Shown: piece after piece, positions 9,504 through 18,211 of the stretch
Numbering within the stretch: position 1 is the first letter of the stretch
How the letters are laid out: each line of letters begins with the position of its first letter
Source of the DNA: an uncultured Phormidium sp.
GTDB taxonomy: Bacteria > Cyanobacteriota > Cyanobacteriia > Cyanobacteriales > Geitlerinemataceae
Reading direction: 5' to 3'
NCBI GenBank assembly: GCA_964644215.1
Contig: CAZXWM010000001.1
Coordinates: 1-38,546 of the forward strand
DNA: 38,546 bases
Translations under genes and position numbers: made by a program
The notes under the pieces: generated by a model
What the model saw: the letters and a program-made list of their open reading frames with translations, nothing else
Told to the model about the DNA's origin: nothing
Database searches by the model: none

Positions 9504-9712
9504 AGTTTTAAATTAACTCGGCAGATGCGATTAAGGGAGAGAACGAGCGTAAATAATAGGAAATCAAGAGAAAATACAATCTCACACCGACAGGGACTTT
9601 AGAAAATCAAAAATAGAATTGGCGGCGAAATGATGAAACTGACTCGGACTCTACTTTAGTGTTAGCCCATCCTGACCCAGAACGCCAAGGGAGAATTTAC
9701 GGATGTACCTCT

Positions 9713-9721
9713 AGCTTACCC
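9713..9721 (-). promoter_or_regulatory. Possible SigF/SigJ-type (J-box-like) promoter element upstream of hpsA
   Basis: The minus strand reads GGGTAAGCT about 210 nt upstream of the hpsA ATG, resembling the GGG(a)A(tac)T alternative-sigma -10 of cyanobacterial pilus genes. Confidence 0.35.
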
Positions 9722-9843
9722 AGCCAATGGGCAAAATCGATCAGCCAGGGGTCAAACCCCTCATTAGGGTCATTCCGTAGAACTACGCAAGGCTTGTCCG
9801 TAATTGTACTGATATTTTGTCTAGGTCAGCTCCAAGCCAGCTC

Positions 9844-9887
9844 AAAAAAACAACCGGGAGCCTGTCGTGACAACAAACTCCCGGTCG
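9844..9887 (-). terminator. Rho-independent terminator of rpmB
   Basis: The minus strand forms the hairpin CCGGGAGTTTGT-TGTCACG-ACAGGCTCCCGG followed by TTGTTTTTTT, just after the rpmB stop. Confidence 0.85.
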
Positions 9888-9910
9888 ATGAATCCCCCTG
9901 AATCGAGGTC

Positions 9911-10147
9911 TTAAAACTTGTTCAGATTGAGGCCGGCTTCTTTGGCCACCGTCGCCAAACCCTTGCGTTGGATGGTTTTGATCATTTTGGTTGACACGCG
10001 CAGGCGCACCCAGCGATTGCCCTGGGGCCACCAAAAGCGTTTCCATTGCAGGTTCGCTTCCTGAAGCCGTTTGGTGCGACGGTGGGAGTGAGACACCGCA
10101 TAGGCGTTGTTGGCTTTTTTTCCACTGACTTGGCATCGACGTGCCAT
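9911..10147 (-). CDS. rpmB: 50S ribosomal protein L28
   Basis: [40 protein letters not shown]; 78 aa; GGAG RBS upstream. Confidence 0.97.
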   Translation of the reverse strand: MARRCQVSGKKANNAYAVSHSHRRTKRLQEANLQWKRFWWPQGNRWVRLRVSTKMIKTIQRKGLATVAKEAGLNLNKF

Positions 10148-10220
10148 AACCGAAAATCTCCTTGACGAACAATTGATGCTGAATCTTAATGGGGTTTAGC
10201 TACAAAAAACCCAGCTTTCC

Positions 10221-10229
10221 ATCTTACCA
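10221..10229 (-). promoter_or_regulatory. Putative extended -10 of rpmB
   Basis: The minus strand reads TGGTAAGAT (TGn-TAAGAT) about 75 nt upstream of rpmB. Confidence 0.4.
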
Positions 10230-10273
10230 TAATTTGGCGCTCCTCTGGTCCCCTGTCCCAGCTAATCGCCCAG

Positions 10274-11350
10274 CTAATCATCCATCTGCCAAGGCTCGGT
10301 GATGTTGCCCTCGTCCAAAATTCGTTTAGGACGCAACACCAGTAATAAGCGCCCCAAAATAGTTAGGCTGGGGGGCTCAGCAAACCACGCTAAACGCACC
10401 TGTTGCCCCTCTTCAACGAGAAAATAACTGTTCTCATCCCAGTCCCGTTGGGCGCGATCGATGGCGACGATGACAGTTTCGCGATCGCCGCCAGGGGAGT
10501 TGGGCAAGCTGTCACTGGGGGCTAACAATGCCACGGGGTCTTGAGCCTTTAAGACCACTTGCCAGCCGGGAACCGGCACACAGGCCGCTCCCGCTGGGAG
10601 ACGAGTAATCTGGAACGGTTCTTCGGGGGCGATCGCCGCGACGGCTTCAATCTCAGCCGCCGTCAGGGGCATCTCCCCAGCCAGGGGCAACAGACGCGGC
10701 AACTCCTCGCTCGTCTCTGGGCGATATAAGGGCAATAGCGGCGCTTGGCGGGGAGCAGGGGCCGCTAAATTCTGTAACAGAGCCTCCAACTGCTGCCGAG
10801 CGGTATCACTTTCGACAAAACGCAATCCTTCGGCAATCAACCGCGCTCGTTGTGAGAGATCCCGCTGGCGTTTCGCCTGTCGCCAACATTGATAGGCCAC
10901 CGCATCCCCAGGATGGCGGCTAAATCCCTCGGGAATCTGAGCTAAACAGGCCAGGGTTTTCACATCATGACTCAAACGATGAGCGCCATCAACATCGAGG
11001 CGTTTCTCGGCGGCGAGGGTGGCCGCTTCTAGCCGTTGACGCTGATTGAGAATGCGAAATTCGTAGAGGACATCACTGCGGGGTCCTTCGCAGTAGGCTA
11101 ACACCTCCGCTGGCGGCTGGCCCTCAACGATGCTGTCATAAACTTGAGCCGCGACAATGATTTGATTCTGAACCAGGGATTCAATCCCCGTCTCCTCGAA
11201 AATCTCCTCAGCCGCATGGCCAGCATCCTGGAGTTGCTTACAGCGTTTACCCCAGTCAATCCAGTTTCCCTGCTTATGCCGCAGCGATCGCCAGATCTCG
11301 CGAACCTCCTCCTCCGTTAGTTTTTGTGGCTCAGGCTTGTGTTCAGTCAT
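10274..11350 (-). CDS. raf1: Rubisco accumulation factor 1
   Basis: LRHKQGNWIDWG, IFEETG..QNQIIVAAQVYDS, SDVLYEFRIL, FSRHPGDAVAY and C-terminal LVLRPKRILDE..WQMDD. Start placed at ATG 11350 (MTEHK). Confidence 0.92.
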   Translation of the reverse strand: MTEHKPEPQKLTEEEVREIWRSLRHKQGNWIDWGKRCKQLQDAGHAAEEIFEETGIESLVQNQIIVAAQVYDSIVEGQPPAEVLAYCEGPRSDVLYEFRILNQRQRLEAATLAAEKRLDVDGAHRLSHDVKTLACLAQIPEGFSRHPGDAVAYQCWRQAKRQRDLSQRARLIAEGLRFVESDTARQQLEALLQNLAAPAPRQAPLLPLYRPETSEELPRLLPLAGEMPLTAAEIEAVAAIAPEEPFQITRLPAGAACVPVPGWQVVLKAQDPVALLAPSDSLPNSPGGDRETVIVAIDRAQRDWDENSYFLVEEGQQVRLAWFAEPPSLTILGRLLLVLRPKRILDEGNITEPWQMDD

Positions 11351-11478
11351 GGTCAACCAGCATTCTTGATACAATCATCGTAAGCACGATTTACGGCCAA
11401 ACACTAGCCCTAAAGAATTTTCCGACTCAGCTTGTCCTGCCCCTATCTCCGTCGCACCTCTGCCAGACTCAAATCTTC

Positions 11479-12360
11479 ATGTCTCAGACTCCTCTAAGCC
11501 GCATTCCCACCCCCCTCCCCAAACAACGGAAACGTCTCAAATACCAAGATACTGCCCTCGGCATGGTTTCGACTCGTAGCTTCCCGGCGATCGTCGGTAC
11601 CGCTGACATGATGGTGAAATCTGCCGATGTGATTTTGGTGGGTTACGAAAAAATTGGCGCGGGCTATTGTACCGCGATCGTCCGAGGACGCTATCCTGAT
11701 GTGCGCCTGGCTGTCGAGGAAGGGGCCAAAACCGCCGAACAGTTCGGACAACTCATCTCCAAATCCACCATTGCCCGCCCCATGCCCAACCTAGAGGTGA
11801 TTTTCCCTCTCGGTAGCCGCTTAGTGGAACTGTGCAACCAACAACGGGGTTATTCTCGCCTCAGTAACCGAGCCATCGGCCTCCTCGAAACCCGAGGCTT
11901 CCCGGCCATGGTGGGAGGTGCTGACGCCATGCTCAAATCGGCCGATGTGCAACTGGCGGCCTATGAAACCATCGGTGATGGCCTCTGTACCGCCATTGTC
12001 CGAGGAACCGTGGCCAATGTGGCCGTGGCCATTGAAGCGGGGATGCACGAAGCCGAACGCATTGGCGAACTCCACGCGGTGATGGTGATTCCTCGCTTAC
12101 TCGAAGACCTCGAAAATGTCTTACCCGTGGCCAGTTACTGGCTCGATGAAGCCGAACCTTTACCGGTTCTGGTGTCCTCTCCGGTAGAAACCCAAGCCGC
12201 CAAACCCATTGCCCTACCAGCATTAGAAAAAGTGCCTGTGGAGATCGAAGACCCCCTCGAAGAACCCATCGAACGACAGGAAGAAGAACCCATTGAAGAA
12301 CTCATCGCTGAACCGTTACCTGAGCCTCAACGGGACCTACCTGATTTTGAGTTGGATTAA
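11479..12360 (+). CDS. ccmO: Beta-carboxysome shell protein CcmO (tandem BMC domains with an acidic Pro/Glu tail)
   Basis: Two CcmK-like BMC repeats (ALGMVSTRSFPAIVGTADMMVKSADV and AIGLLETRGFPAMVGGADAMLKSADV). Start placed at ATG 11479 (MSQTP). Confidence 0.88.
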   Translation: MSQTPLSRIPTPLPKQRKRLKYQDTALGMVSTRSFPAIVGTADMMVKSADVILVGYEKIGAGYCTAIVRGRYPDVRLAVEEGAKTAEQFGQLISKSTIARPMPNLEVIFPLGSRLVELCNQQRGYSRLSNRAIGLLETRGFPAMVGGADAMLKSADVQLAAYETIGDGLCTAIVRGTVANVAVAIEAGMHEAERIGELHAVMVIPRLLEDLENVLPVASYWLDEAEPLPVLVSSPVETQAAKPIALPALEKVPVEIEDPLEEPIERQEEEPIEELIAEPLPEPQRDLPDFELD

Positions 12361-13618
12361 CGTTGAGTTGGACGGACTCTTGGCTGATGGGGAGATGAAT
12401 CACAAAACGGGTTCCCTGATTAAGTTCAGAGTCATAGCTGAGTTGTCCCTGATGTTGTTGAACGACGATTTGATAGGCAACAGCCAGTCCTAGTCCTTTG
12501 CCTTGGCCAACGGGTTTCGTCGTAAAGAAAGGGTCAAACACGTTGTTATTTAAGGCGGGGTCAATACCCACACCATTATCGCTGATCTCAATTTCTACCC
12601 AGCAATCGTCTAAGGTGCGAGTGGTGAGGGAAATTTTGGGCATCCAGTCTTGGTCTGGGTCAGTTCGTGATTTCTCAACGATCGCATCGAGGGCATTTTC
12701 CAAAATATTGAACAGTGCCTGGTTAATCAAGCCAATATCCCCTTGGATATTAGACAGTTGACCATACTGTTTATCCAGGGTCAACCTAGAGACTCGGCCG
12801 GCGGCTTGATGCACCCGAGGACTCAACATCGACAGGGCTAAATCGAGGGCATGATGGAGGTCAATGTTATGCACTCCACTCCGGTCTTGACTCGAAAATT
12901 CCCGCAGAGCAATGACAATTTCTCGAATGCGCTCGGAGCCTTCTTTCATCGAGCCGAGCATTTTCTCTAAGTCGGCTGTGACAAAATCAAAGTCAATCTC
13001 TTCGAGGGCTTCTAGTAGTTGTTCGCGAGAAAAGCTATCATCATCCCGCACAGTCTCGATGAGGGTAGATAGGTCATGGGTATATTCTTTGATATGGCTG
13101 AGATTACCGTAAATAAAACTAATGGGATTGTTGATTTCGTGGGCAACACCAGCCACCAAGCGTCCTAAACTGGACATTTTTTCACTTTGAACCAGTTGAA
13201 CTTGGGTGTCTTTAAGGTCTTGTAGAGACTGGGTTAATTGTTGATTGAGATGATTCAGGCGTAGGCCCGAGCGAACTCGTGCTAGGAGTTCTTCAGTTTC
13301 AATGGGTTTAGAAATAAAGTCATCGGCGCCAGCATTGAGTCCACAAACGCGGTCATCGATCTGTTCTCGAGCCGTGAGAAGAATGAAAAAGGTGGCGGCC
13401 AGTTCGGGGTTGGCTTTGATGGTATGACAGAGGTCGATTCCATTCATTTCTGGCATCATCCAGTCACAGATAATTAGGTTTGGATGCTGTTGACTGGCTT
13501 GTTCTGAGCCTTGTCGTCCGTTGTTAGCAACAATAACCTGGTGTCCTTCACTTTCGAGGAGGTCTTGTAAGACCATTTGCGTGGTGACTTCGTCGTCAAT
13601 TACTAGGATAGTTGCCAT
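12302..13618 (-). CDS. Response regulator-histidine kinase hybrid (REC-HisKA-HATPase)
   Basis: REC domain ILVIDD...IICDWMMP...FISKP; H-box [10 protein letters not shown]; N box NQALFNILENA; G boxes DNGVG, FFTTK and GKGLGL. Confidence 0.92.
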   Translation of the reverse strand: MATILVIDDEVTTQMVLQDLLESEGHQVIVANNGRQGSEQASQQHPNLIICDWMMPEMNGIDLCHTIKANPELAATFFILLTAREQIDDRVCGLNAGADDFISKPIETEELLARVRSGLRLNHLNQQLTQSLQDLKDTQVQLVQSEKMSSLGRLVAGVAHEINNPISFIYGNLSHIKEYTHDLSTLIETVRDDDSFSREQLLEALEEIDFDFVTADLEKMLGSMKEGSERIREIVIALREFSSQDRSGVHNIDLHHALDLALSMLSPRVHQAAGRVSRLTLDKQYGQLSNIQGDIGLINQALFNILENALDAIVEKSRTDPDQDWMPKISLTTRTLDDCWVEIEISDNGVGIDPALNNNVFDPFFTTKPVGQGKGLGLAVAYQIVVQQHQGQLSYDSELNQGTRFVIHLPISQESVQLNVNPTQNQVGPVEAQVTVQR

Positions 13619-13748
13619 GATGTTTAGGATTTCAAGTTGCTTGTTCGACAGGGTTTAAATAACATTGAGGACATCTCGATAATTGAGGTGAGATTGAATT
13701 GATTAAGAGCTAAGTTGGTAAGGGAAACGCCTCCCAGTCGGGCTGAGA

Positions 13749-16700
13749 TTATGATAACTCCAAGGTTTCCATAAACTGTTTAATGTGTTGCCACTGTTGC
13801 AAAAGTGCCGTCATGTGAGACTCGACTTGCTCAAAGTTCTGTTCTTTAGCCGCTTGTTCTAAGTCTGCTGACTGCTCAGCCATGACGGTAGCCCCCACAT
13901 TAGCCGCCGCTCCCTTCAGGCGGTGGGCAATTTCGCTGAGGCGATCGCCATCCCGGTCATCCAGAGCAGTCCTCAGATTATCCAAGTCAGTTTGAGTTGC
14001 CTCAATAAAGGCTTGCAAAAGTCGCTTTTGCAGTGACACTTTTCCCCGAGATACTCGTTCCAATCTCTCTAAATCTAAAGGGTTTTTCTGCTTTGGAGTA
14101 TCCTGACTCATCGGGGTTTTCTCGAAATAGGAGTTTGGCTGGCTTGAGTTCTGGTCTGAGATAGGGGGATTCCCAGAGGAAGCTGATGGGGATAGGGGCA
14201 ATGGCTCGCTAACCTGTGATGAGGATTGGGGTTGACAGTCGGCAGTATTGTGGCTTATAGTAGCAAATTTTGTGGGCTTTGACGAGCGATCGCCCTCGGT
14301 GTCTGGGCTAATCGTCCAGCGTTCTAAGGTCTCAAGTAAGACATCCCAATCCACAGGTTTCGGGATATAATCATCCATACCCGCCTCAAGACATTGTTCT
14401 CGATCGGTGGGCATGGCGTGAGCGGTCAGGGCAATAATGATGGTATGGCGATCGCTGTCAGCTTCTCGACGGCGCAATTCTCGGGTCGCTTCATAGCCAT
14501 CGAGAATCGGCATTTGACAATCCATGAATACGAGATCATAGTGAGTCTGACGGCAAAGGTTTAACGCTTCTTGCCCATTACTAGCACAATCAATCTGAAC
14601 CGCGCCAAGTTCTTGCAATTGAGACAGAATGACTTGTTGATTGGTCGGATGATCTTCGACTACCAGCACGTTGAGGTGAGAAAAGCGTTTCGAGGGCAGA
14701 GGTAATTTAGGGTCAAAGAACTCCGTATCACTATCTGGATCTCGCTCTAAGTGAAGTTGTGGGCCAACCGCCGTAATTAGAGCATCAAAGAGGCGTGAGG
14801 CTCGCACCGGTTTGAGGAGATAACTGGCCGCCGCGCCTGTTTCTAAAAATGCCTCAGCGGTGGTGCGATCTTTGAAGTTACTCATGACTACAATTTTAGT
14901 CGTTCGTAACAGCGGATAGGCGCGAATGTCTGCGAGGAACTTGTCTCGATCCATATCGGACAATTGCAGATCTAAAATTAGAACATTATAGGGTTGCGAT
15001 CGCTCTGCCGCCTCTTTCAAGGTTTCCAAGGCATTGTTACCCGTCCCCACCTCGGTAATCTCGTTAATGCCCCAAGACTGCATCAAATAACGCACCGATT
15101 GGCGGGTTGTCGCATTTTCAGCCGCCACCAACAAGCGCAAGCGACTGATATTCAAGGGCATTTGAGGTAAGGCCGAGGAGGGGGTTGAGTCGGCCAACTC
15201 CAGAGGTACGGTAAACCAAAAAATCGAGCCAATCCCTTCGACACTTTCGACACCCATCTCGCCAGCCATCAGATGGACCAATTGCTGTGAAATGGCCAGC
15301 CCTAAACCCGTTCCACCATACTGACGTGTCGTGGAAGCATCCACCTGAGAAAAGGACTGAAACAGTTTCGTCTGGGCGCTTTTGGAGATACCAATGCCCG
15401 TATCTCGCACCGCAAAGCGAATCGTGGCGCAATCCTGGCATTCGCTTTGCAGGGCCGCTTGAATGACCACTTCTCCCCGTTCGGTGAATTTAATGGCATT
15501 GCTGACTAAGTTCAGCAGCACCTGACGTAAGCGAGCGGGATCGCCTCGCAGATGACGGGGAACGTCGGGAGCGATGAGGGTGGCCAGTTCCAGGCCCACT
15601 TTATCCTCAACTGGAGTGGCCATGATATCGACAATATCCTCGATACAGCGATCGAGGTCAAAATCGATCGCATCGAGTTCCATTTCCCCGGCTTCGAGTT
15701 TGGAGAAATCGAGGATATCGTTAATCAGGGTTAGCAGATGTTGGGCGCTACGGGAAATGGTCGAGACATAATCGCGCTGTTGTCGGTTTAACTGGGTACG
15801 ACTGAGGAGACTTGTCATTCCCATGACACCATTCATGGGGGTGCGGATTTCATGACTCATGTTAGCCAGAAACTCGGCTTTGAATTGGGCGGCCCGTTCG
15901 GCTTCGAGTCGGGCTTTGACCAAATCATCAATGCGATCGGTTACGGCGATAATACCGCCAATCTCCCCTTCGGGCTTGTACCAGGGGTGGATGGCGGAGC
16001 GTAGATAGAATAGGTCTCCCTGCTGACGCTGCCAAACCAGTTCGGGTTCAGTGATGACTTGTCCCTCTAGGGCTTCTTGGTGGGCTTGGTGGCGATCGTC
16101 GGGGAGATCGGGCAGAATGTCGTAGAGACAATGTCCTAATAGCTCTTGGTCTTTTAGCTGGTAATCGCTAAGCCACTTTTCGCTAACGGCCAGGAAGCAC
16201 ATTTGGCAGTCAAACATGGCCATGGCGACGGGGGCATTGGTAACGACTTGTCGTAATTGTTGTTGTTCGCGTTCTAGGGAGATGATAGCCCGCTGGGTTT
16301 CGGCATGGAGATGGGCTTGGGTAAGGGCGATGGAGAGTTGGGCCACGACGCGCCGCATTAGGTCTTTTTCATTTTGGTTGATGGCGATGGGGAGTCCATG
16401 GTGACAGAGGAGATAACCGGGGGTTCCCAGGCGGTTGATAACGGGGAAGGCGGAGTAATGGCCCCGATGTAGGGTAATCGATTCGGCTTGGGGGTGACGG
16501 ATCAGGGTCAGGGTTTCGCCGTTGCGGAGTTGGCTGTCGAGGTCTTTTTGAGGATCGGCGGCTTCTATATGAGTGCTGTCGGCGAAGATTTGGCTGTTTT
16601 GGGGATGGCGGTAGGCTAGGGTTAATGATTGCTGGCGGCGATCGTACCAGGCGAAGGCGATCGCGTCGAAGACCAACAGATCGGTGAGTTCTTCGAGGGT

Positions 16701-17804
16701 TGGCGGTAGGGTTTTATCGAGATCGAGGGAGGTATGCAGGCGACTGGTGAGGCCATTGAGGAGGGCTTCTCGTTCGGCCCGGGCGCGAGACTGTTCGGCG
16801 TCGTTAATTTGCCGTCCGGCGAGAATGGTGGCCAGGGCTAGGATCACGCTGAGAACTCCCGCCAGAAGATTCAAGGATTCGAGTTGTTTTTCGATGTTCT
16901 CTTGGGGGATGATTAGGACGATAGTCCAGTTGGGGGATTCAATGGGGTGATAGGCGAAATAGATGGTCTCGCCGTTGAGGGTGCCCTGTTGCAAGAGTTC
17001 TGGGTCGAGATCGGGGAGTAGCAGTGAGGCGAACTCCTGGGTAATATCTGGAGATCTCAGTTTTAGGGATTCGGGCCGCTGAGTGGGAAATTCAGGGCTG
17101 GCGATCGGCTCGTTATTGGAGTCGAAGGCGAAGGCGTAGCTATTGTCTCCGTATTGGATTTGATTGAGGCTGAGGATGAACTGATCGATGCTAAGTCCAC
17201 CGATTAGGGCGCTGGCGGCCGGGTTTGGGGGAGCGTTGGCGTCGCTGGGTAAGGGCAGGGTAAAGCCAATGAGCGGCTCGCCAATGGCCCGGCCAATGAT
17301 GGGGTTGCTGAAGCTGATGTGTCCTTCTTCCATGGCGGTCTGGAAGTGCTGGCGATCGGCGATTTCTCCGGTTTGCTGTTGATGGTTGCGAAATTCTCCT
17401 TCGCTGTTGGCGATCGCCAGACTGATAAAACTATCGAGGCGTTCAACTTCTCGGGCCAGATAGGGTTGGATCTGTTCCCAGTCTCCCGAACGGAGGGTGG
17501 GGGTATTAGCTAACCCTTCGAGGTAAAAGGTCTGGGTTTCAAACCAGTCTGTGAGTTCTTGTCCCCCTTCTCGGACTTCGCTGATTGCCCCCTGGCTGAT
17601 ATTTTTCAGTAATAACTCTCGGACCAGTTTGTAACTAACCCAGGCGGTGAGGCTAACGCCGATGGCTAGGGTTCCAAACAGCCCATAAACCAATAGATTG
17701 CGAGGCCGCCACCCGGATTTGTGTTGTTGTCGCCAACGCCGCCAGATTTTTTGCGGTTGTAGATAATCCATAAGGAGGGGGTCAGAAAAGAGAGGTAAGG
17801 TCAT
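13749..17804 (-). CDS. Membrane hybrid histidine kinase: TM-dCache-TM-GAF-PAS-HisKA-HATPase-REC-REC-Hpt
   Basis: Two hydrophobic helices flank a Cache-like region ([18 protein letters not shown]). Then PAS ([10 protein letters not shown]), [31 protein letters not shown]2 (VEDH..FMDCQMP) and Hpt ([13 protein letters not shown]). The start is uncertain (17879 TTG, 17804 or 17771 ATG). Confidence 0.9.
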   Translation of the reverse strand: MTLPLFSDPLLMDYLQPQKIWRRWRQQHKSGWRPRNLLVYGLFGTLAIGVSLTAWVSYKLVRELLLKNISQGAISEVREGGQELTDWFETQTFYLEGLANTPTLRSGDWEQIQPYLAREVERLDSFISLAIANSEGEFRNHQQQTGEIADRQHFQTAMEEGHISFSNPIIGRAIGEPLIGFTLPLPSDANAPPNPAASALIGGLSIDQFILSLNQIQYGDNSYAFAFDSNNEPIASPEFPTQRPESLKLRSPDITQEFASLLLPDLDPELLQQGTLNGETIYFAYHPIESPNWTIVLIIPQENIEKQLESLNLLAGVLSVILALATILAGRQINDAEQSRARAEREALLNGLTSRLHTSLDLDKTLPPTLEELTDLLVFDAIAFAWYDRRQQSLTLAYRHPQNSQIFADSTHIEAADPQKDLDSQLRNGETLTLIRHPQAESITLHRGHYSAFPVINRLGTPGYLLCHHGLPIAINQNEKDLMRRVVAQLSIALTQAHLHAETQRAIISLEREQQQLRQVVTNAPVAMAMFDCQMCFLAVSEKWLSDYQLKDQELLGHCLYDILPDLPDDRHQAHQEALEGQVITEPELVWQRQQGDLFYLRSAIHPWYKPEGEIGGIIAVTDRIDDLVKARLEAERAAQFKAEFLANMSHEIRTPMNGVMGMTSLLSRTQLNRQQRDYVSTISRSAQHLLTLINDILDFSKLEAGEMELDAIDFDLDRCIEDIVDIMATPVEDKVGLELATLIAPDVPRHLRGDPARLRQVLLNLVSNAIKFTERGEVVIQAALQSECQDCATIRFAVRDTGIGISKSAQTKLFQSFSQVDASTTRQYGGTGLGLAISQQLVHLMAGEMGVESVEGIGSIFWFTVPLELADSTPSSALPQMPLNISRLRLLVAAENATTRQSVRYLMQSWGINEITEVGTGNNALETLKEAAERSQPYNVLILDLQLSDMDRDKFLADIRAYPLLRTTKIVVMSNFKDRTTAEAFLETGAAASYLLKPVRASRLFDALITAVGPQLHLERDPDSDTEFFDPKLPLPSKRFSHLNVLVVEDHPTNQQVILSQLQELGAVQIDCASNGQEALNLCRQTHYDLVFMDCQMPILDGYEATRELRRREADSDRHTIIIALTAHAMPTDREQCLEAGMDDYIPKPVDWDVLLETLERWTISPDTEGDRSSKPTKFATISHNTADCQPQSSSQVSEPLPLSPSASSGNPPISDQNSSQPNSYFEKTPMSQDTPKQKNPLDLERLERVSRGKVSLQKRLLQAFIEATQTDLDNLRTALDDRDGDRLSEIAHRLKGAAANVGATVMAEQSADLEQAAKEQNFEQVESHMTALLQQWQHIKQFMETLELS

Positions 17805-18134
17805 TAAGGTTTGCGCCAAACAATGAATGAGACGAGTCTCGATGAGAGGGGTAGTCTCGCGGATTACAGCTAACCCCAATTGCGAGGCGACTGATTCCGA
17901 ACGCCTTATGCCGTTTCATTGTCTAAGCCTGACTTTTAGCTTCAAGACCGGTCACGGTCATGGCAGCTTACGCTAACCTAGGTAATGCTAGGCAAATTTA
18001 CGTCAAACTACGCAGGACAGGGTTGAGTTTTGCTTTAGTTTAATCTTTTTTTTAGCTTCGGCGTATTGATTTTAACAGAGAGGCGAGTTGAGAACAATTG
18101 AGTTAGCTGTAGTAAGAAGCTTAAGGTGGTTCAG

Positions 18135-18158
18135 GTCGGTTACACAGTCGGTTACACA
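18135..18158. repeat. Perfect 2 x 12 bp direct repeat GTCGGTTACACA
   Basis: Copies at 18135-18146 and 18147-18158 in the intergenic region upstream of the hybrid kinase. Confidence 0.85.
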
Positions 18159-18211
18159 AAGGAGTTAACGGGACAGGGGTCTCTGGTGGTGTAATGACTC
18201 TTTGGTTGAGA

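Noticed and set aside
9659-10172. ORFs 9659-9901 (+) and 9783-10172 (-)
   Set aside because: They overlap the rpmB terminator, and the second also overlaps rpmB in another frame. No recognisable motifs.
11380-11394. NtcA-like site GTA...TAC between raf1 and ccmO
   Set aside because: The spacer is 9 nt rather than the required 8.
11326-11478. N-terminal extension of CcmO given in the ORF track
   Set aside because: It overlaps the raf1 start and the shared promoter region; ATG 11479 is more plausible.
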